NCBI GenBank assembly: GCA_028820455.1 | Contig: JAPPJC010000049.1 | Span: forward strand, 39,168-103,167 | Direction: 5' to 3' | DNA length: 64,000 bases | Source: Acidimicrobiaceae bacterium | Lineage (GTDB): Bacteria > Actinomycetota > Acidimicrobiia > Acidimicrobiales > Aldehydirespiratoraceae | In this document: positions 1 through 10,951 of the stretch, piece by piece | How the letters are laid out: the number at the start of each line of letters is the position of its first letter | Position numbering within the stretch: position 1 is the stretch's first letter | Program-made: the position numbers and the translations under genes | Notes under the pieces: model-generated | The model's database searches: none | What the model saw: the letters and a program-made list of their open reading frames with translations, nothing else | Told to the model about the DNA's origin: nothing

Positions 1-92
1 GTGGCATAATCATGATGACAACAGGACATGATCAGCATGTTAGACAAGCACAGGAGACTGTGGCAAGTTGCGACGCGATCGGTTTGAGTGTT

Positions 93-1187
93 ATGTCTCG
101 TTGCCATAACCGAGTGGTGCGTACTTGTGTGTTGACAGTGTTGGTCATGGTGTTTGGCTCTTGTGGTTCCAGTGACAGTAACGTGGACGGCCCGCTATCG
201 CAACCATCGTTTGATGAAAATAGTATGTCACAATCCCCAGACCCGTCATTGTCTTCTGAAACAACTCATCAGTCACAAGCCACGGAAACTACAATATTTG
301 AGCTACCACAGCCATCACAAAATGTTACGCCACCCACCACCACCGAACCACCTCCACAAACCGGGACGACCGTCGCACCTACCACAACTGAAACACAAAA
401 AATTGAGTATGCGACTTTTCGTGACGGCTCAGCACCGCAATGGCCGTTTCGAGGGCTTGTGCAGTTGTGGCCTAGTCAGACAAGTAATACTGGTGATCGC
501 CTCAAGCCGAGTTGGGTGTTGCGCTATTGGAGTTGGGATGTATCTGCTGAAACATACCCGCAGGTTGTGCTGCCCGATTTGCGGGTTGACTGTTTGGGTA
601 AGGTCGCTCTGATAGTACACGCAGAACGTGGAATCGAAGTTGGTGGCCCGCCCGGTACTACTAACAGCATGTATTGGATACCATGGGGTGGACTAGCACA
701 ACAGGTCGATGCGCCTTCACAAGAACTGTTACAAGCGCAGCAGTCACGTCCATCCAATGTTACTGTGAACACCGAAGGAGATTGGGTGCATATAGACACG
801 GGCTCGCAGATGCAGTCTTATGCGATGCGTGACCCTATAAGATCTGCTGGCTCACGATGGAATGTGCAAGCACGTCATGATGGTGAAATATTTTTGGTCA
901 CTGTGCATCCCACGCATCTGCCATGCTATTCAGGTGTGACCTGGATGTCACTAGCAGCAACCGGTGAACATGTTATTTGTGGTGCTAACTCTGCGGCTAC
1001 GGCGTTTGTTGCTCCATCGGGGTTTGTGTCTCAACAGTTAGTGCTGCCTGACCCGGACACGTTTGGTACGTACCTGTCATGCGCACCGCAACTCAACCTA
1101 GAGTATATGCGATTTACGGAAGCTCCACGATCTTTGGTCTCTTCATTGCACTGGCAAAAATTGGGAATGACACCTAAGAACTATTGA
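93..1187 (+). CDS. Family A paralog A1: predicted secreted lipoprotein, unknown function
   Basis: ORF 12..1187. ATG at 93 gives a signal peptide ending VFGSC (lipobox-like), then a Ser/Thr/Pro linker. Motifs APQWPFRGLVQLW, RYWSWD, HLPCYSGVTW and CGAN are shared with 5 other ORFs here. Confidence 0.8.
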   Translation: MSRCHNRVVRTCVLTVLVMVFGSCGSSDSNVDGPLSQPSFDENSMSQSPDPSLSSETTHQSQATETTIFELPQPSQNVTPPTTTEPPPQTGTTVAPTTTETQKIEYATFRDGSAPQWPFRGLVQLWPSQTSNTGDRLKPSWVLRYWSWDVSAETYPQVVLPDLRVDCLGKVALIVHAERGIEVGGPPGTTNSMYWIPWGGLAQQVDAPSQELLQAQQSRPSNVTVNTEGDWVHIDTGSQMQSYAMRDPIRSAGSRWNVQARHDGEIFLVTVHPTHLPCYSGVTWMSLAATGEHVICGANSAATAFVAPSGFVSQQLVLPDPDTFGTYLSCAPQLNLEYMRFTEAPRSLVSSLHWQKLGMTPKNY

Positions 1188-1338
1188 GACCTTACAAGAA
1201 CTTTTGCGTCATATCCAATCCAGTCATCTATTACATGTAATCGGATCTGAAATGTAATGTGCTAAACAGATAAAAGAATGAACGCGAGTCCTGTTGACTC
1301 ATTTGTGTGTGATCCACCCTATCACAAGAAAGGCTTTT

Positions 1339-2286
1339 ATGAGTGTGTCAGACTGTACTTATGACCCACCTGATACTATCAGTTTTGCTGATAATGTAAA
1401 GATAGAGTCAGCTGATCCTGCTGGTTTAGACATAAAGTTCGCGAATAATTTGTTGCCAACGCGAAACTCACGTCATGTGTTAGGTGCTCCACCTGACGAT
1501 GCAACACCATTTGTATGGGGTCATAGTTCTTTACAGACACCGTTGGATTCGTTTGTAAAAAACACAAACTATTTCTCGGCTATGTATGGAAATTATGGAA
1601 CAATGAAAATCATCGGTCATATAGGGGCTCAAAGAGACAGATTGAGATGTGATGTTCCAAACCGAGATTCATACGTGCATTGCCAACGCGACGAATCCGA
1701 CCCGGCGGAGTTATTGGATCTGGAGACCAGTGCTGTGCTGCCGCAGGGTAGTTCGATCAATCCGAGTTTTCATTATCATGGCAAAGCACTCGACATCACC
1801 TGGATTTATTGGGATAATCATGGCGTCCCGATCTATTGCCTGCCTTATGATGCTCTAACAGAAGCGGAAGATGTTACGACTCACCGTCGGCTAATAGCAG
1901 TGGAAGCAGGGTTGCGTAAATGGTTCGGCTACGTCCTTAACCGTGGCATCAGTAATCATCACAATCATTTTCATGTGGATAATGATTGTCCTGTGGCTTT
2001 GAGGCTCAAAGATAGTAGCTCAAGCAGGACGCATACTTCGTGCCATTTCTTCATGCAGGATTGTATCTACGCTTTCACAGATGAGAAGATAGCCTATGAT
2101 GGCGACTGGGGCCCGAAGTCGAAGCATGGTTGTAAGACGTTGCTATCGGATTTTGGGATGGAATGCCTGAACCCTGCTAAGTATGTGAGTCATTACATGC
2201 TGTTTCTTGACTATGTTATGATGCACGGTTTCGCTGACGCGCCTGCTGGTACTTACCGTTGGGGTGATAGTGCGTTGGTGGTGTGA
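1339..2286 (+). CDS. Family B paralog B1: leaderless LAS/M15-like zinc peptidase with PG-binding-like C-terminus
   Basis: ORF 1294..2286. ATG 1339 gives MSVSDCTYDPP, as at other copies. FHYHGKALD (H-x6-D) and HHNHFHVDN (HxH) form the metal-site signature. YDGDWGPKSKHGCKTLLSDFG resembles PG_binding_1. No signal peptide. Confidence 0.8.
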   Translation: MSVSDCTYDPPDTISFADNVKIESADPAGLDIKFANNLLPTRNSRHVLGAPPDDATPFVWGHSSLQTPLDSFVKNTNYFSAMYGNYGTMKIIGHIGAQRDRLRCDVPNRDSYVHCQRDESDPAELLDLETSAVLPQGSSINPSFHYHGKALDITWIYWDNHGVPIYCLPYDALTEAEDVTTHRRLIAVEAGLRKWFGYVLNRGISNHHNHFHVDNDCPVALRLKDSSSSRTHTSCHFFMQDCIYAFTDEKIAYDGDWGPKSKHGCKTLLSDFGMECLNPAKYVSHYMLFLDYVMMHGFADAPAGTYRWGDSALVV

Positions 2287-3317
2287 CGCCTTGGTGGTGG
2301 TTGGGTGTTGTTATGTGTAAGGTTGTGGTGGTTGCGCTGTTTTTAGGTTTTTGTGTTGGTGGAGTGTTGTACGGGTTTGGTGGTGTGGGCGCAGTTGATG
2401 TTGTTGTGGACGGCGAGGTGGTGGTTATTGGTGGTGTGGGTTCACAGGGTGGTTTGATGGCTGCGGGTGGGCGTTCCCCTGTTTGGCCGTTTCGTGGGAT
2501 TGTGAGGTATGCTGTTAGTGACACGGATGGTCATATGGTGTTGCAGTATTGGAACACTGAAACTGGCGCGATCAGTGAAGTGCAGTTGGGGCCTCTGCCT
2601 GGTTGTGGGATATCACCGGTGGCTAGTGATAAGCTTGTTGAGTTGGGGAGTTGGAGTCCAAACTATTATAACGTCATGTCTGATGGTCCGGTCAGGTATG
2701 TGGTGCCGTGGGGTGATGAGGCTTATCCGGTGCTTAATGCGCCGGGTTATGGTGATGATATCCCGGTTACAGCGGGACGGCCTGTGGTGAATCAAACGGT
2801 TTTTGATGGCAGGTTAGAAGTTTCGCATGTTGGGGATCTCTTGGATGGAGCGTTTGTTCTTCGTGTGGCTACACCGCAGCAGGAAGCGTATTACAATCCT
2901 GGTTATGATCCGTCTTCGGATACGGGTAGCGGGTACTGGCCAACGCTTGATGAGGTTCCATTACGTGGTGTTGACACGGAGGATTCTTATGATGAGGGGC
3001 CTTGGGTTGCTGCGGTTGGTACGGACGGTTTCTATTATGGCATAGGAGTCTTTTACAACGATCCGGCCTGCCCGGCGGAAGACCTTTATATTTTTGCGGG
3101 TGATACTGGTGAAGTGGTGGCATGTTCGCATTCTGCATCGGGTCCCGCTTTAGGAGGCGCAGCGTTTGTGCTGCCCGAAGGAGCGCAGCTTCTTGACCGT
3201 TTCGCCTTGCCTCAGCCTTTCACTACCCAGAAGTGTCCAGGATTGGATCTCTGGAAACTGGGAATACCACCGATTCCCAGCAGTGGGCCACCAACCCCTG
3301 GCAGCGGGCGTGACTGA
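2283..3317 (+). CDS. Family C paralog C1: N-terminally membrane-anchored protein, unknown function
   Basis: GTG 2283 overlaps the B1 stop (GTGA); alternative ATG at 2313. TM segment VVVVALFLGFCVGGVL. Motifs SPVWPFRGIV, LQYWNTETG, VPWGDEAYP, GTDGFYYG, AGDTGEVVAC. Confidence 0.8.
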   Translation: MTPWWWLGVVMCKVVVVALFLGFCVGGVLYGFGGVGAVDVVVDGEVVVIGGVGSQGGLMAAGGRSPVWPFRGIVRYAVSDTDGHMVLQYWNTETGAISEVQLGPLPGCGISPVASDKLVELGSWSPNYYNVMSDGPVRYVVPWGDEAYPVLNAPGYGDDIPVTAGRPVVNQTVFDGRLEVSHVGDLLDGAFVLRVATPQQEAYYNPGYDPSSDTGSGYWPTLDEVPLRGVDTEDSYDEGPWVAAVGTDGFYYGIGVFYNDPACPAEDLYIFAGDTGEVVACSHSASGPALGGAAFVLPEGAQLLDRFALPQPFTTQKCPGLDLWKLGIPPIPSSGPPTPGSGRD

Positions 3318-3452
3318 TGCTTGGGTTGGGGTGTGCGGAATCCGCTGTGGAACCGCCTTCCAACAGAAGACTGGGTTGATGAAGTTCTTGCTGTTGTGTG
3401 TTGGTAGTGTGCGGGATTGTCCGCTGGTTGTCTGCTTACTGGGTTTGAGCTG

Positions 3453-4436
3453 ATGAGGCGTTGTTTTGTGTTGGCGATGAGTGTACTGGTCGTGTGTTGC
3501 GCGTGTGCTGGTGGCACAACGTCTGAGGAGGTTTCACAGCCGTCGACTACCGAACATACAGTTCTTGAACCACCAACTGAAAATGGCAAACGCAGCACGA
3601 CCACCGATTCGCCAATGACAACGGATGAACCTGTGGGTGTGGAAACTGAGCGGCCGGTGGTTACCACGACTACGTCTGTTGTGACTACTACCAGCACGCA
3701 GCTGCCGTTAGAAAAAGAACTCCCAAGTTTCGAGGATGCGCCAGCACCCGAGCGGCCTTTCACCGGTTTGGTGCAGCTTTGGTACTTGCCGTACGCTGAG
3801 CGAAAAGGCTGGAGGTTGCGGTACTGGAGTTGGGACACACCCGCTGATGAGTATGCACAGGTGTTACTACCAGACCTACAAGTAGAGTGCCTCGGTCGGA
3901 TAGCGATGGTCGCCGACGATGAGCACGGTATCGAAATCGGTGGCCCCGAAGGTACCACCAACAGCGCGTTTGTGGTCCCTTGGGGAGGCACCGCCCAAAA
4001 GACGGGTGCGCCTTCTGACAAACTTCTCGAGTGGGCTACCCAGAGGCCTTCTAACATAACTGTGCGCACCGAAGGCGACTTGGTACACGTAAACACTAGT
4101 ATTCAGCAGCACTCTTATGCGATGCGCGATCCCGTACGACCTGACGGTGACCGATGGACAGTGCAAGCCCGCCATGATGGTGAACTTTTCCTGCTAACAG
4201 TGCATCCGGCGCATCTGCCGTGCTATTCTGGTGTTACTTGGGTATCACTAGCAGAAACCGGTGAGTTCGTCACGTGTGGTGCCAACACCGCGGCCACACT
4301 GTTTGTCGCCCCGGAACCACCCGCCGGTGAGCTGATTCTACCGGATCCTGACACTATGGGAACTTATCTGTCATGCGCGCCTGAACTTAACCTGGAACTC
4401 CTACCGTTTACCAAATCACGTCAACTCACTCGATAA
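3453..4436 (+). CDS. Family A paralog A2 (predicted lipoprotein)
   Basis: ORF 3417..4436. ATG 3453 gives MRRCFVLAMSVLVVCCACAGG. Thr-rich linker. ERPFTGLVQLW, RYWSWD, HLPCYSGVTWVSLAETGEFVTCGAN. Confidence 0.8.
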   Translation: MRRCFVLAMSVLVVCCACAGGTTSEEVSQPSTTEHTVLEPPTENGKRSTTTDSPMTTDEPVGVETERPVVTTTTSVVTTTSTQLPLEKELPSFEDAPAPERPFTGLVQLWYLPYAERKGWRLRYWSWDTPADEYAQVLLPDLQVECLGRIAMVADDEHGIEIGGPEGTTNSAFVVPWGGTAQKTGAPSDKLLEWATQRPSNITVRTEGDLVHVNTSIQQHSYAMRDPVRPDGDRWTVQARHDGELFLLTVHPAHLPCYSGVTWVSLAETGEFVTCGANTAATLFVAPEPPAGELILPDPDTMGTYLSCAPELNLELLPFTKSRQLTR

Positions 4437-4575
4437 CAGTCTCTCAGGGTTATCCGACGGGGTTTATACTTCTAGTTTTGCGGGTAAACACTACTGGTGA
4501 ATCTGTATTGATAACACAACTTTGCTATGAATGCGCGATTTATTGATGAGGCTGCTGCTATTGTGGATTGTTAAG

Positions 4576-5835
4576 ATGACGTACAAGCGTTATAAGGGCT
4601 GGATTGGCAATAAATTAGGTCTGGGTTTTCGTTTCGGCTTGGTTGTTGCTGTAGCTGCTAGTGGTGCGGTTGTTGGTGCTGACATGGCTGCTAGGGTTGG
4701 TGTGTCACAGCAGCTGTTGGGGGTCGTTGGTGTTGATAGGCCATCGCAGCTGTTGGCGGGTTCTGAGGTTGGTTTGCAGGTAGGTTCGGGTGGTGTGGTG
4801 GAATTCTCAGGTAGGGCTGATGGTGAATCTTTGGGCGTGGGAAGGAACTTTGCGCATCGGGGTGATGGCCTAGCACCAGTTTGGCCTTTCCGTGGAGTTG
4901 TGGATTCCGGGAGGGCTGATGATGGGGGGTTCGTGTTGCGGTTTTGGAGCATCGAATCCGGTGGGGTTTATGATGTGCCACTAGGAGCTATGTCACAGAG
5001 CGAACCGTATTGGTATTCTGATCGGGAGTATTCCGATGATCACTCTTATGCTGGTGATGTCCTGTATGCTAGCGAGGAGTTCGTGATTACTCAATTAAGT
5101 AACAGACTATCTCCTCTTAACGAGGATTGGACTCCTCATAGAGAGGAACGGACTAGGTGGTGGTGGATTGTTGTTCCGTGGGGTGATGAGGCGTACCCTG
5201 TTTTGTGGCCTGAAGTTCTTGTGGAATCTGAGTTGAGTCCAGAACGATTATCACAGGCTGAGGGTTTTGAAGTGTCTTTTGTCGAAGATCTTCATCGTGG
5301 CAGTGTGTTGCGTGTTGTCACACCACCCGAGGAAGCTTACTACGACTTGGATTACAGTTGGGATGTGTCGAGTCACACAGCAGGCACTGATGAGTATTAT
5401 GCGGCGTATCACCGGTCTTTTCATGTTCTGTTAGAGTTGAGCGAACCGCCGTCTGATCCTGTGGATTATTCTGATTATGAGTCTGAGGATAGTCCTTTTG
5501 GTGCCTTGGCGTACGATAGGTACATAACGTGGTTGAGGGAAGCTCCTTATGTTCGGTTTGATGGTACTGACGGCTACTATTATGGTATCACGATTATGGT
5601 GGCTCCAGATTTAGAGGATGCGACCGCTAGGGATTCGTGGGGTTTTGTTTTCGCTGGGGATACTGGTGAGGTTGTTAGTTGTCGCAGAGTGTTCAGCACT
5701 GCTGGAGCTCTGCTGGTGAAACCCGAGGGCTGGTCGGATCTTGTCGACCGTTTCGTGTTGCCTGAAGCCTTTTCAGGCTCGGATTGTGTGGGTACCGGAG
5801 AACTGCATAACCTGTCATCGGGTGAGGTGTCATGA
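4576..5835 (+). CDS. Family C paralog C2 (long subtype)
   Basis: ORF 4531..5835; ATG 4576 precedes TM segment FGLVVAVAASGAVVG. APVWPFRGVV, VPWGDEAYP, GTDGYYYG, AGDTGEVVSC. Confidence 0.75.
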   Translation: MTYKRYKGWIGNKLGLGFRFGLVVAVAASGAVVGADMAARVGVSQQLLGVVGVDRPSQLLAGSEVGLQVGSGGVVEFSGRADGESLGVGRNFAHRGDGLAPVWPFRGVVDSGRADDGGFVLRFWSIESGGVYDVPLGAMSQSEPYWYSDREYSDDHSYAGDVLYASEEFVITQLSNRLSPLNEDWTPHREERTRWWWIVVPWGDEAYPVLWPEVLVESELSPERLSQAEGFEVSFVEDLHRGSVLRVVTPPEEAYYDLDYSWDVSSHTAGTDEYYAAYHRSFHVLLELSEPPSDPVDYSDYESEDSPFGALAYDRYITWLREAPYVRFDGTDGYYYGITIMVAPDLEDATARDSWGFVFAGDTGEVVSCRRVFSTAGALLVKPEGWSDLVDRFVLPEAFSGSDCVGTGELHNLSSGEVS

Positions 5836-5953
5836 CCATACAGCTGTTCTGTTAGCACTGTATTTGGTTATGTGGCTGTTTGGTATCTGAACACGAGCAC
5901 GAACAGTACAGGCTGGACTACGGTTGCTATAACCACCTTTTGGTTAAGGCTGA

Positions 5954-6981
5954 TTGAGACACGGAGGTAAACGTATGGAAGAATGCAGCTATGATGATGC
6001 TCCAAGCTACGCGGACAGGTATCGGCGAGTTGGAAGTGTCTACCGTCATAGTAATGGTTCTATTTTAAGTCAAATCTTCTCTTTAGGGAATAAAAACCTA
6101 ACGGTAGACGTTCGGCCAGTAGTAGATTGGGCGGACACAAGAATTAATGACAAAATAACTTCAAAGCCGGAATGCAATCTTGATCTGGGGCAATTGGGGC
6201 AGGATATAACAAAGGCTAAGAGGAAAGGCAGAAATCCGTATTTGTTCGGTGGCCCATATAATGCGAACTATAAGTTCGATATTCATCCTGATATGGTGGC
6301 ACCGTTGAATAGTGCTGTTGTGACTATCGATTATTTTGCTCGGGTTTATGGTGACAACTATGGAAGACTCAAGGTGATCGGTCAGGGTGGCACGATAAGA
6401 AATCGTACGGGCTCTGATAGTTTTCATTATCATGGTAAGGCTATTGATATTTGGTGGTTGGGTTGGGAGAACCAGCAACAAGGCGGCACTGTGGTGCATA
6501 CCGCGTCTCGTCCGTGTAATGGTGCAGGTGAGGTGTCTTCAAGTTTAACAGCCCACCGTCGCCTAGTAGCGGTAGAAGCTGGACTGCGTAAATGGTTCGG
6601 CTACGTTCTGAATCGGAATATCGCTGGACATCACAATCATTTTCATGTTGACAATGGCTGTCTTGTGGCGTTGAGGGTTGATAATGAGCCTGAGGGATTG
6701 CCAATCCTGAAACACCAGATCGACCGGTTCGTTCGTGCCACTATTTTTTGCAGGACTGCATAAACGCATTTACGGATGTGGAAATAGACTATGATGGGAT
6801 ATGGGGGTCTCAGTCGGATCGGGGTTATAAAGCACTGCTGTCTGATTTTGGTATGGAGTGCTTGCACCCTGCTAAGTATGTGAGTCATTACATGCTGTTT
6901 TTGGATTATGTTATGATGCATGGTTTCGCTGACGCTCCTGCTGGTACGTATCGTTGGGGTGACGGTGCGCTGGTATTGTAA
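5954..6981 (+). pseudogene. Family B paralog B2, apparent frameshift
   Basis: ORFs 5954..6763 and 6748..6981 together cover a full B protein (FHYHGKAID, HHNHFHVDNGC, then HYFLQDCINAF...HYMLFLDYVMMHGFADAPAGTYRWGD). The frame switch maps to GGG run 6694-6696. It may be a homopolymer sequencing error. Confidence 0.7.
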
Positions 6982-7010
6982 CGGGTCAAGTTCTGTTAGT
7001 AGATGAATCG

Positions 7011-8050
7011 GTGGTAGTGGTGGGTAGTTATTTCGCAGCTGTATCTGTTGTTGTGGTATTTTCTGTTGGTGTAAGTGGTGCTGGGTTGGGAGACGTAGAA
7101 GATGTTGAGGACGGTGTGTCTGTAATATCAGCGGGTAGTGCTGTGGGGAACTTGTAGTACAGGGTGGTTCTGGGGTTACGGTTGGTCGGACTCCGGTTTG
7201 GCCGTTTCGTGGTATCGTGAAGTATGGTCTTGATGATGAGGGTGAGTCCGAGTATCCCGATTATTATGAGTGGAGACCTTTGGATTTGTTGTTTAGTGGT
7301 GAGCATAATGTGTTGCAGTATTGGCATACTGACACGGGTGAGATCACTGAGGTGCGGTTGGGGCCATTGCTCGGTTGTGAGCTGCAGATAGTGCCATTTG
7401 GTAGTGCTGTCGTGGTGTACGATAGTAGTGGCATGCTTGATCCGTCGCCTTTTTTTGGGTTCGTGCAGTATGGAGTGCCGTGGGGTGATGAGGCGTACCC
7501 GTTGGTTCGTGGGGTTGGTGTTGGTAGTGGCATGGATTCTGATGAGCGTTCGGTGCAGCAGTCGTTTCTGTTGGGCAAGTTGGCTGTATCGTCTGTCGGG
7601 GAACTTCTTCGTGTGTCAACACCACAACAGGATGCGTACTACGACACTTATGTCAATGCTAGGATCGGGTTGATGCTGGCGGATGCTCCGCATATTAGTG
7701 AGCTTGAACCTGAAAATGATGGTGAGTCGTGGTTTTGGCCTAGTGCTGACGTTATTGGTACTGATGGTTTTTACTACGGTGTTGGTGAGATTTATAACGA
7801 ACCGGCGTGGTGTCCGGGTGCGTATGGTTTTGTTGTGGCTGGTGATACTGGTGAGGTGGTGGCTTGCGGTAGTTTTAGGGGTTTGGATTCTGTTGGTTTG
7901 GGGGGTGTGGCGTTTGTGTTGCCTGAGGGTTCGCCGGGTTTTGTTGATAGTTTTGCTGTGCCTCAGGGGGTTCCACCTGGTGGTTGCAAGAATTTAGATT
8001 TGGAAACGTTGCGGGTGCCACAGACTGCTGGTGTGGATGTGACCCGGTGA
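7011..8050 (+). pseudogene. Family C paralog C3, apparent frameshift between TM anchor and body
   Basis: The TM-like N-terminus (GSYFAAVSVVVVFSVGVSG) reads in frame 3 from GTG 7011 to TAG 7155-7157. The body (TPVWPFRGIVKYG... to 8050) is in frame 2 and opens only after TAG 7136-7138. The switch is at G-run 7145-7148. The tracked ORF is 7217..8050. Confidence 0.6.
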
Positions 8051-9126
8051 TGTTGAGTGTGCTGCGATGGTGGGTGGTGGTGTGGGTGCTGGTGGTGTGT
8101 GTTGCTTGTGCCAACAGTGATACCCCAGAGGATGCTCCCCAGTCTTCAGAGGCTGTGACAGGGGTGGCAGGGTCGCAGTCGGTGGAGTCTTCTGCTGATG
8201 ATCCTGTGAGTGACAGGCGAGACGAAAGTGATGATACCGCATTCACGAACTCGAATTCAAACGGCCAGGACATAGAACAACTCGGAGAGAGATCACCCGA
8301 GGAGGAAACATCACTGGTGGGTGAAACATCCCCGGCGACTACGATCCAGACTACGACAACTACAACGTTTGCACCCTTAGATAAAGAATACCCATCTTTC
8401 GGTGCAGACGGTGCTGATACCGCACCGCGGTGGCCGTTTCGGGGTTTGGTGCAGCTCTGGTACAACACGTATAGTTTCATGGGTGAACTGGGTTGGTCGT
8501 TGCGGTATTGGAGTTGGGACACATCCGCTGAGATATACCCCCAAGTACCGTTACCAGGCCTGGAAATTGAATGTATGGGCAGAATCGGCATGGTCACACA
8601 CGGTGAGCTTGGCATAGAGATAGGTGGCATAACAGACACTGCTAGTAGCACGTATTGGATCCCTTGGGGTGACACCGCAGCAAAAGTCGACACAGCTTCT
8701 GAGATGCTGCTAACACAAATACGTGATAGGTCTTCAAGTGTTGAGGTGGCAACCGAGGGAGACTGGGTGCACCTGACCACCGGCACCCAGCAACAGTCAT
8801 ACGAGATACGCGATCCTATGCGACCCGATGGTGACCGATGGACAGTGCAAGCCCGCCATGATGGTGAACTGTTCCTGCTAACAGTGCACCCGGCGCACTT
8901 GCCGTGCTATTCTGGTGTCACTTGGGTGTCACTAGCCGCAACCGGTGAGTTCGTCACGTGTGGTGCTAACACCGCGGCCACACTGTTTGTCTCCCCGGAG
9001 CCACCCGCTGGTGAGCTGATACTACCAGATCCTGATACTATGGGCACATACCTGTCATGTGCACCACAACTCGACCTCACCAACCTCCCATTCACACAAG
9101 ACCGGCAACTCACACCACCACACTGA
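8050..9126 (+). CDS. Family A paralog A3 (predicted lipoprotein)
   Basis: ORF 7984..9126. ATG 8050 overlaps the C3 stop by 1 nt (TGATG) and gives MLSVLRWWVVVWVLVVCVACANS. PRWPFRGLVQLW, RYWSWD, conserved C-terminus. Confidence 0.8.
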   Translation: MLSVLRWWVVVWVLVVCVACANSDTPEDAPQSSEAVTGVAGSQSVESSADDPVSDRRDESDDTAFTNSNSNGQDIEQLGERSPEEETSLVGETSPATTIQTTTTTTFAPLDKEYPSFGADGADTAPRWPFRGLVQLWYNTYSFMGELGWSLRYWSWDTSAEIYPQVPLPGLEIECMGRIGMVTHGELGIEIGGITDTASSTYWIPWGDTAAKVDTASEMLLTQIRDRSSSVEVATEGDWVHLTTGTQQQSYEIRDPMRPDGDRWTVQARHDGELFLLTVHPAHLPCYSGVTWVSLAATGEFVTCGANTAATLFVSPEPPAGELILPDPDTMGTYLSCAPQLDLTNLPFTQDRQLTPPH

Positions 9127-9306
9127 TCATCACACTGAGCAGCCATTCAGACGCTACAGCGGTCGCAGGCAAACCGCGAGTACACAGTAGACTCTAGGCT
9201 ATTACCTAGGGCATTGAAGAAACCACCCCGTGAGTGTTTGACTTCGGGAATAACGGATACTTGGATTCCGGTGGATTTGGGACTGAGGAACCTGATATGG
9301 GTTGGT

Positions 9307-10437
9307 TCAACTATTGGGAATCTTGAGACCGCTGATGTCTAGTGGAGCCTGGTTGCATTGATCGTTGTCCCAGTCTGTGACCGTCTCAGGAAAAGCGATA
9401 GTATCAACCTGTGCTAGCACTTCAGGCTGACTTATCAAGAGTGCTCCACCTCTCGACCAACCGCAGGCTACCAGTTCTCCGGTCTCAATCGCAAAAATAA
9501 ACCCGTTCTCATCTGGGCATGCTGTTTCACTGGAGACAACCCTAACACCCCAGTGATAGCCATCAGTGCCATCCAACAGAACAATAGGAGTTGGAAAGTC
9601 CACAACCCCGTCGGATTCCTGGGGCTTCTCAGGGTCGTGATCAGTTAACGAAAGCCCATACGCACCAACAGAGTAATACTTTTGTAATGTTCCAACCGAT
9701 ACACGAACAACGCTAAAAACACCATCGGAGACAATGGATATCGTTCCCGCCTCACCAAACGAAATAGACTCCGGGCGACCAGCAGTATCTTGTGATCCGA
9801 CGACTATAGGGTAGGCCTCATCACCCCACGGCACACTATAAATAACCCGAGGCCAGTTATCCAAATTAAACTGTACAGCGTCTTCGTTGGCAACTGGAAG
9901 ACCAGGACACCCTCCGATCGGCCACGAACTATGTATCAGTCGCACCTCACTGTACCCACCGGTGTCAGCATTCCAGTATTGCAATACACCAAACTCACGC
10001 GGCTCCGGTACGCTGCCGTAGCTCACAACACCCGAAAACGGCCATCGCGGTGCCAACCACTCAAGACTCTCAACCTCTCCTGACACGGTAGAGTATACTT
10101 CTTCTGACGTGATGCGCATGTCTGGCACCATGTGCGTGTCGCTGTTGTGGATCAACGTAACAGGCCTAGACCAGCTAGGTACAGCATCTCGTCGCGCCAT
10201 CTGTCCCGAATGTATTCGATTCAGACCCACCACCATCTGTCCTGGACGCACCCCAGTATGTATGGTTGGAGCATTATGCCGCCCATGATGGGAACTGCTT
10301 TCTAATTCTCTATCAACGCTTGAACTAGCCGTCAACGGTACAATCAATAACACAATCAACGTACTGGTGGATCGGCGAGCAGCTCCGCTTCTTTCTTTAC
10401 GCCAACGCCGCGTTTCACAGCACCAGGGCATTGTCAC
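9307..10437 (-). CDS. Family C paralog C4
   Basis: 376-aa ORF. APRWPFSGVV, LQYWNADTG, VPWGDEAYP, GTDGYHWG, ETGELVACGW. Confidence 0.8.
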   Translation of the reverse strand: MTMPWCCETRRWRKERSGAARRSTSTLIVLLIVPLTASSSVDRELESSSHHGRHNAPTIHTGVRPGQMVVGLNRIHSGQMARRDAVPSWSRPVTLIHNSDTHMVPDMRITSEEVYSTVSGEVESLEWLAPRWPFSGVVSYGSVPEPREFGVLQYWNADTGGYSEVRLIHSSWPIGGCPGLPVANEDAVQFNLDNWPRVIYSVPWGDEAYPIVVGSQDTAGRPESISFGEAGTISIVSDGVFSVVRVSVGTLQKYYSVGAYGLSLTDHDPEKPQESDGVVDFPTPIVLLDGTDGYHWGVRVVSSETACPDENGFIFAIETGELVACGWSRGGALLISQPEVLAQVDTIAFPETVTDWDNDQCNQAPLDISGLKIPNS

Positions 10438-10690
10438 CCCAACGATAAGTACCAGCAGGCGCGTCGGCGAACCCGTGCATCATCATGTAATCTCAAAACA
10501 GCATGTAGTGGTTGATGCACCGAACTGGGTCTAGGCATTCCATCCCTAAATCCGATAGCAGGGTCTTGTATCCGTGATCCGACTCGTCATTCCACACGCC
10601 GCTGTAAGCTGGTTGCTCATCAGCGTGTGTGTCCATGAGTGCAGCCCTGCCGAACCCACCAACCAGAACCATGAACCGGTTATTAGATCA
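10425..10690 (-). pseudogene. Family B C-terminal fragment with in-frame stop
   Basis: The reverse strand reads ...YSGVWNDESDHGYKTLLSDLGMECLDPVRCINHYMLF*DYMMMHGFADAPAGTYRWGDNALVL*. TGA replaces the conserved Leu codon. No catalytic half lies upstream. The 3' end overlaps the C4 start. Confidence 0.75.
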
Positions 10691-10951
10691 GGTTTCATGT
10701 TACACCAGCTCTTTTGGTTGTTGATTTTGTGATAAAAATCATGGGCTATTCGGTTGTGAAGTTGTTTACCTGGCTGTTCAGTATACACAATACAACTGGT
10801 TTAGCGTTACTGGTGTGCTCACCGTTGTCAGGATGTGCACTACGATTGGATTGATGCGGAATGTGTGATGTGGGCGATATTGAACCACCTATCAGTTATC
10901 TTGAAGTTACGCTATTGAAGAGAAGATTACCGAAAGGAGAATAGACGTACC

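Noticed and set aside
3212-4096. 294-aa minus-strand ORF
   Set aside because: It lies fully antisense to family A gene A2, whose coding status is supported by five paralogs. It is low-complexity with a Ser/Val/Thr-rich composition typical of a shadow ORF.
7875-8786. 303-aa minus-strand ORF
   Set aside because: It is antisense to C3/A3 with no motif or paralog support. It is a mirror of the conserved plus-strand genes.
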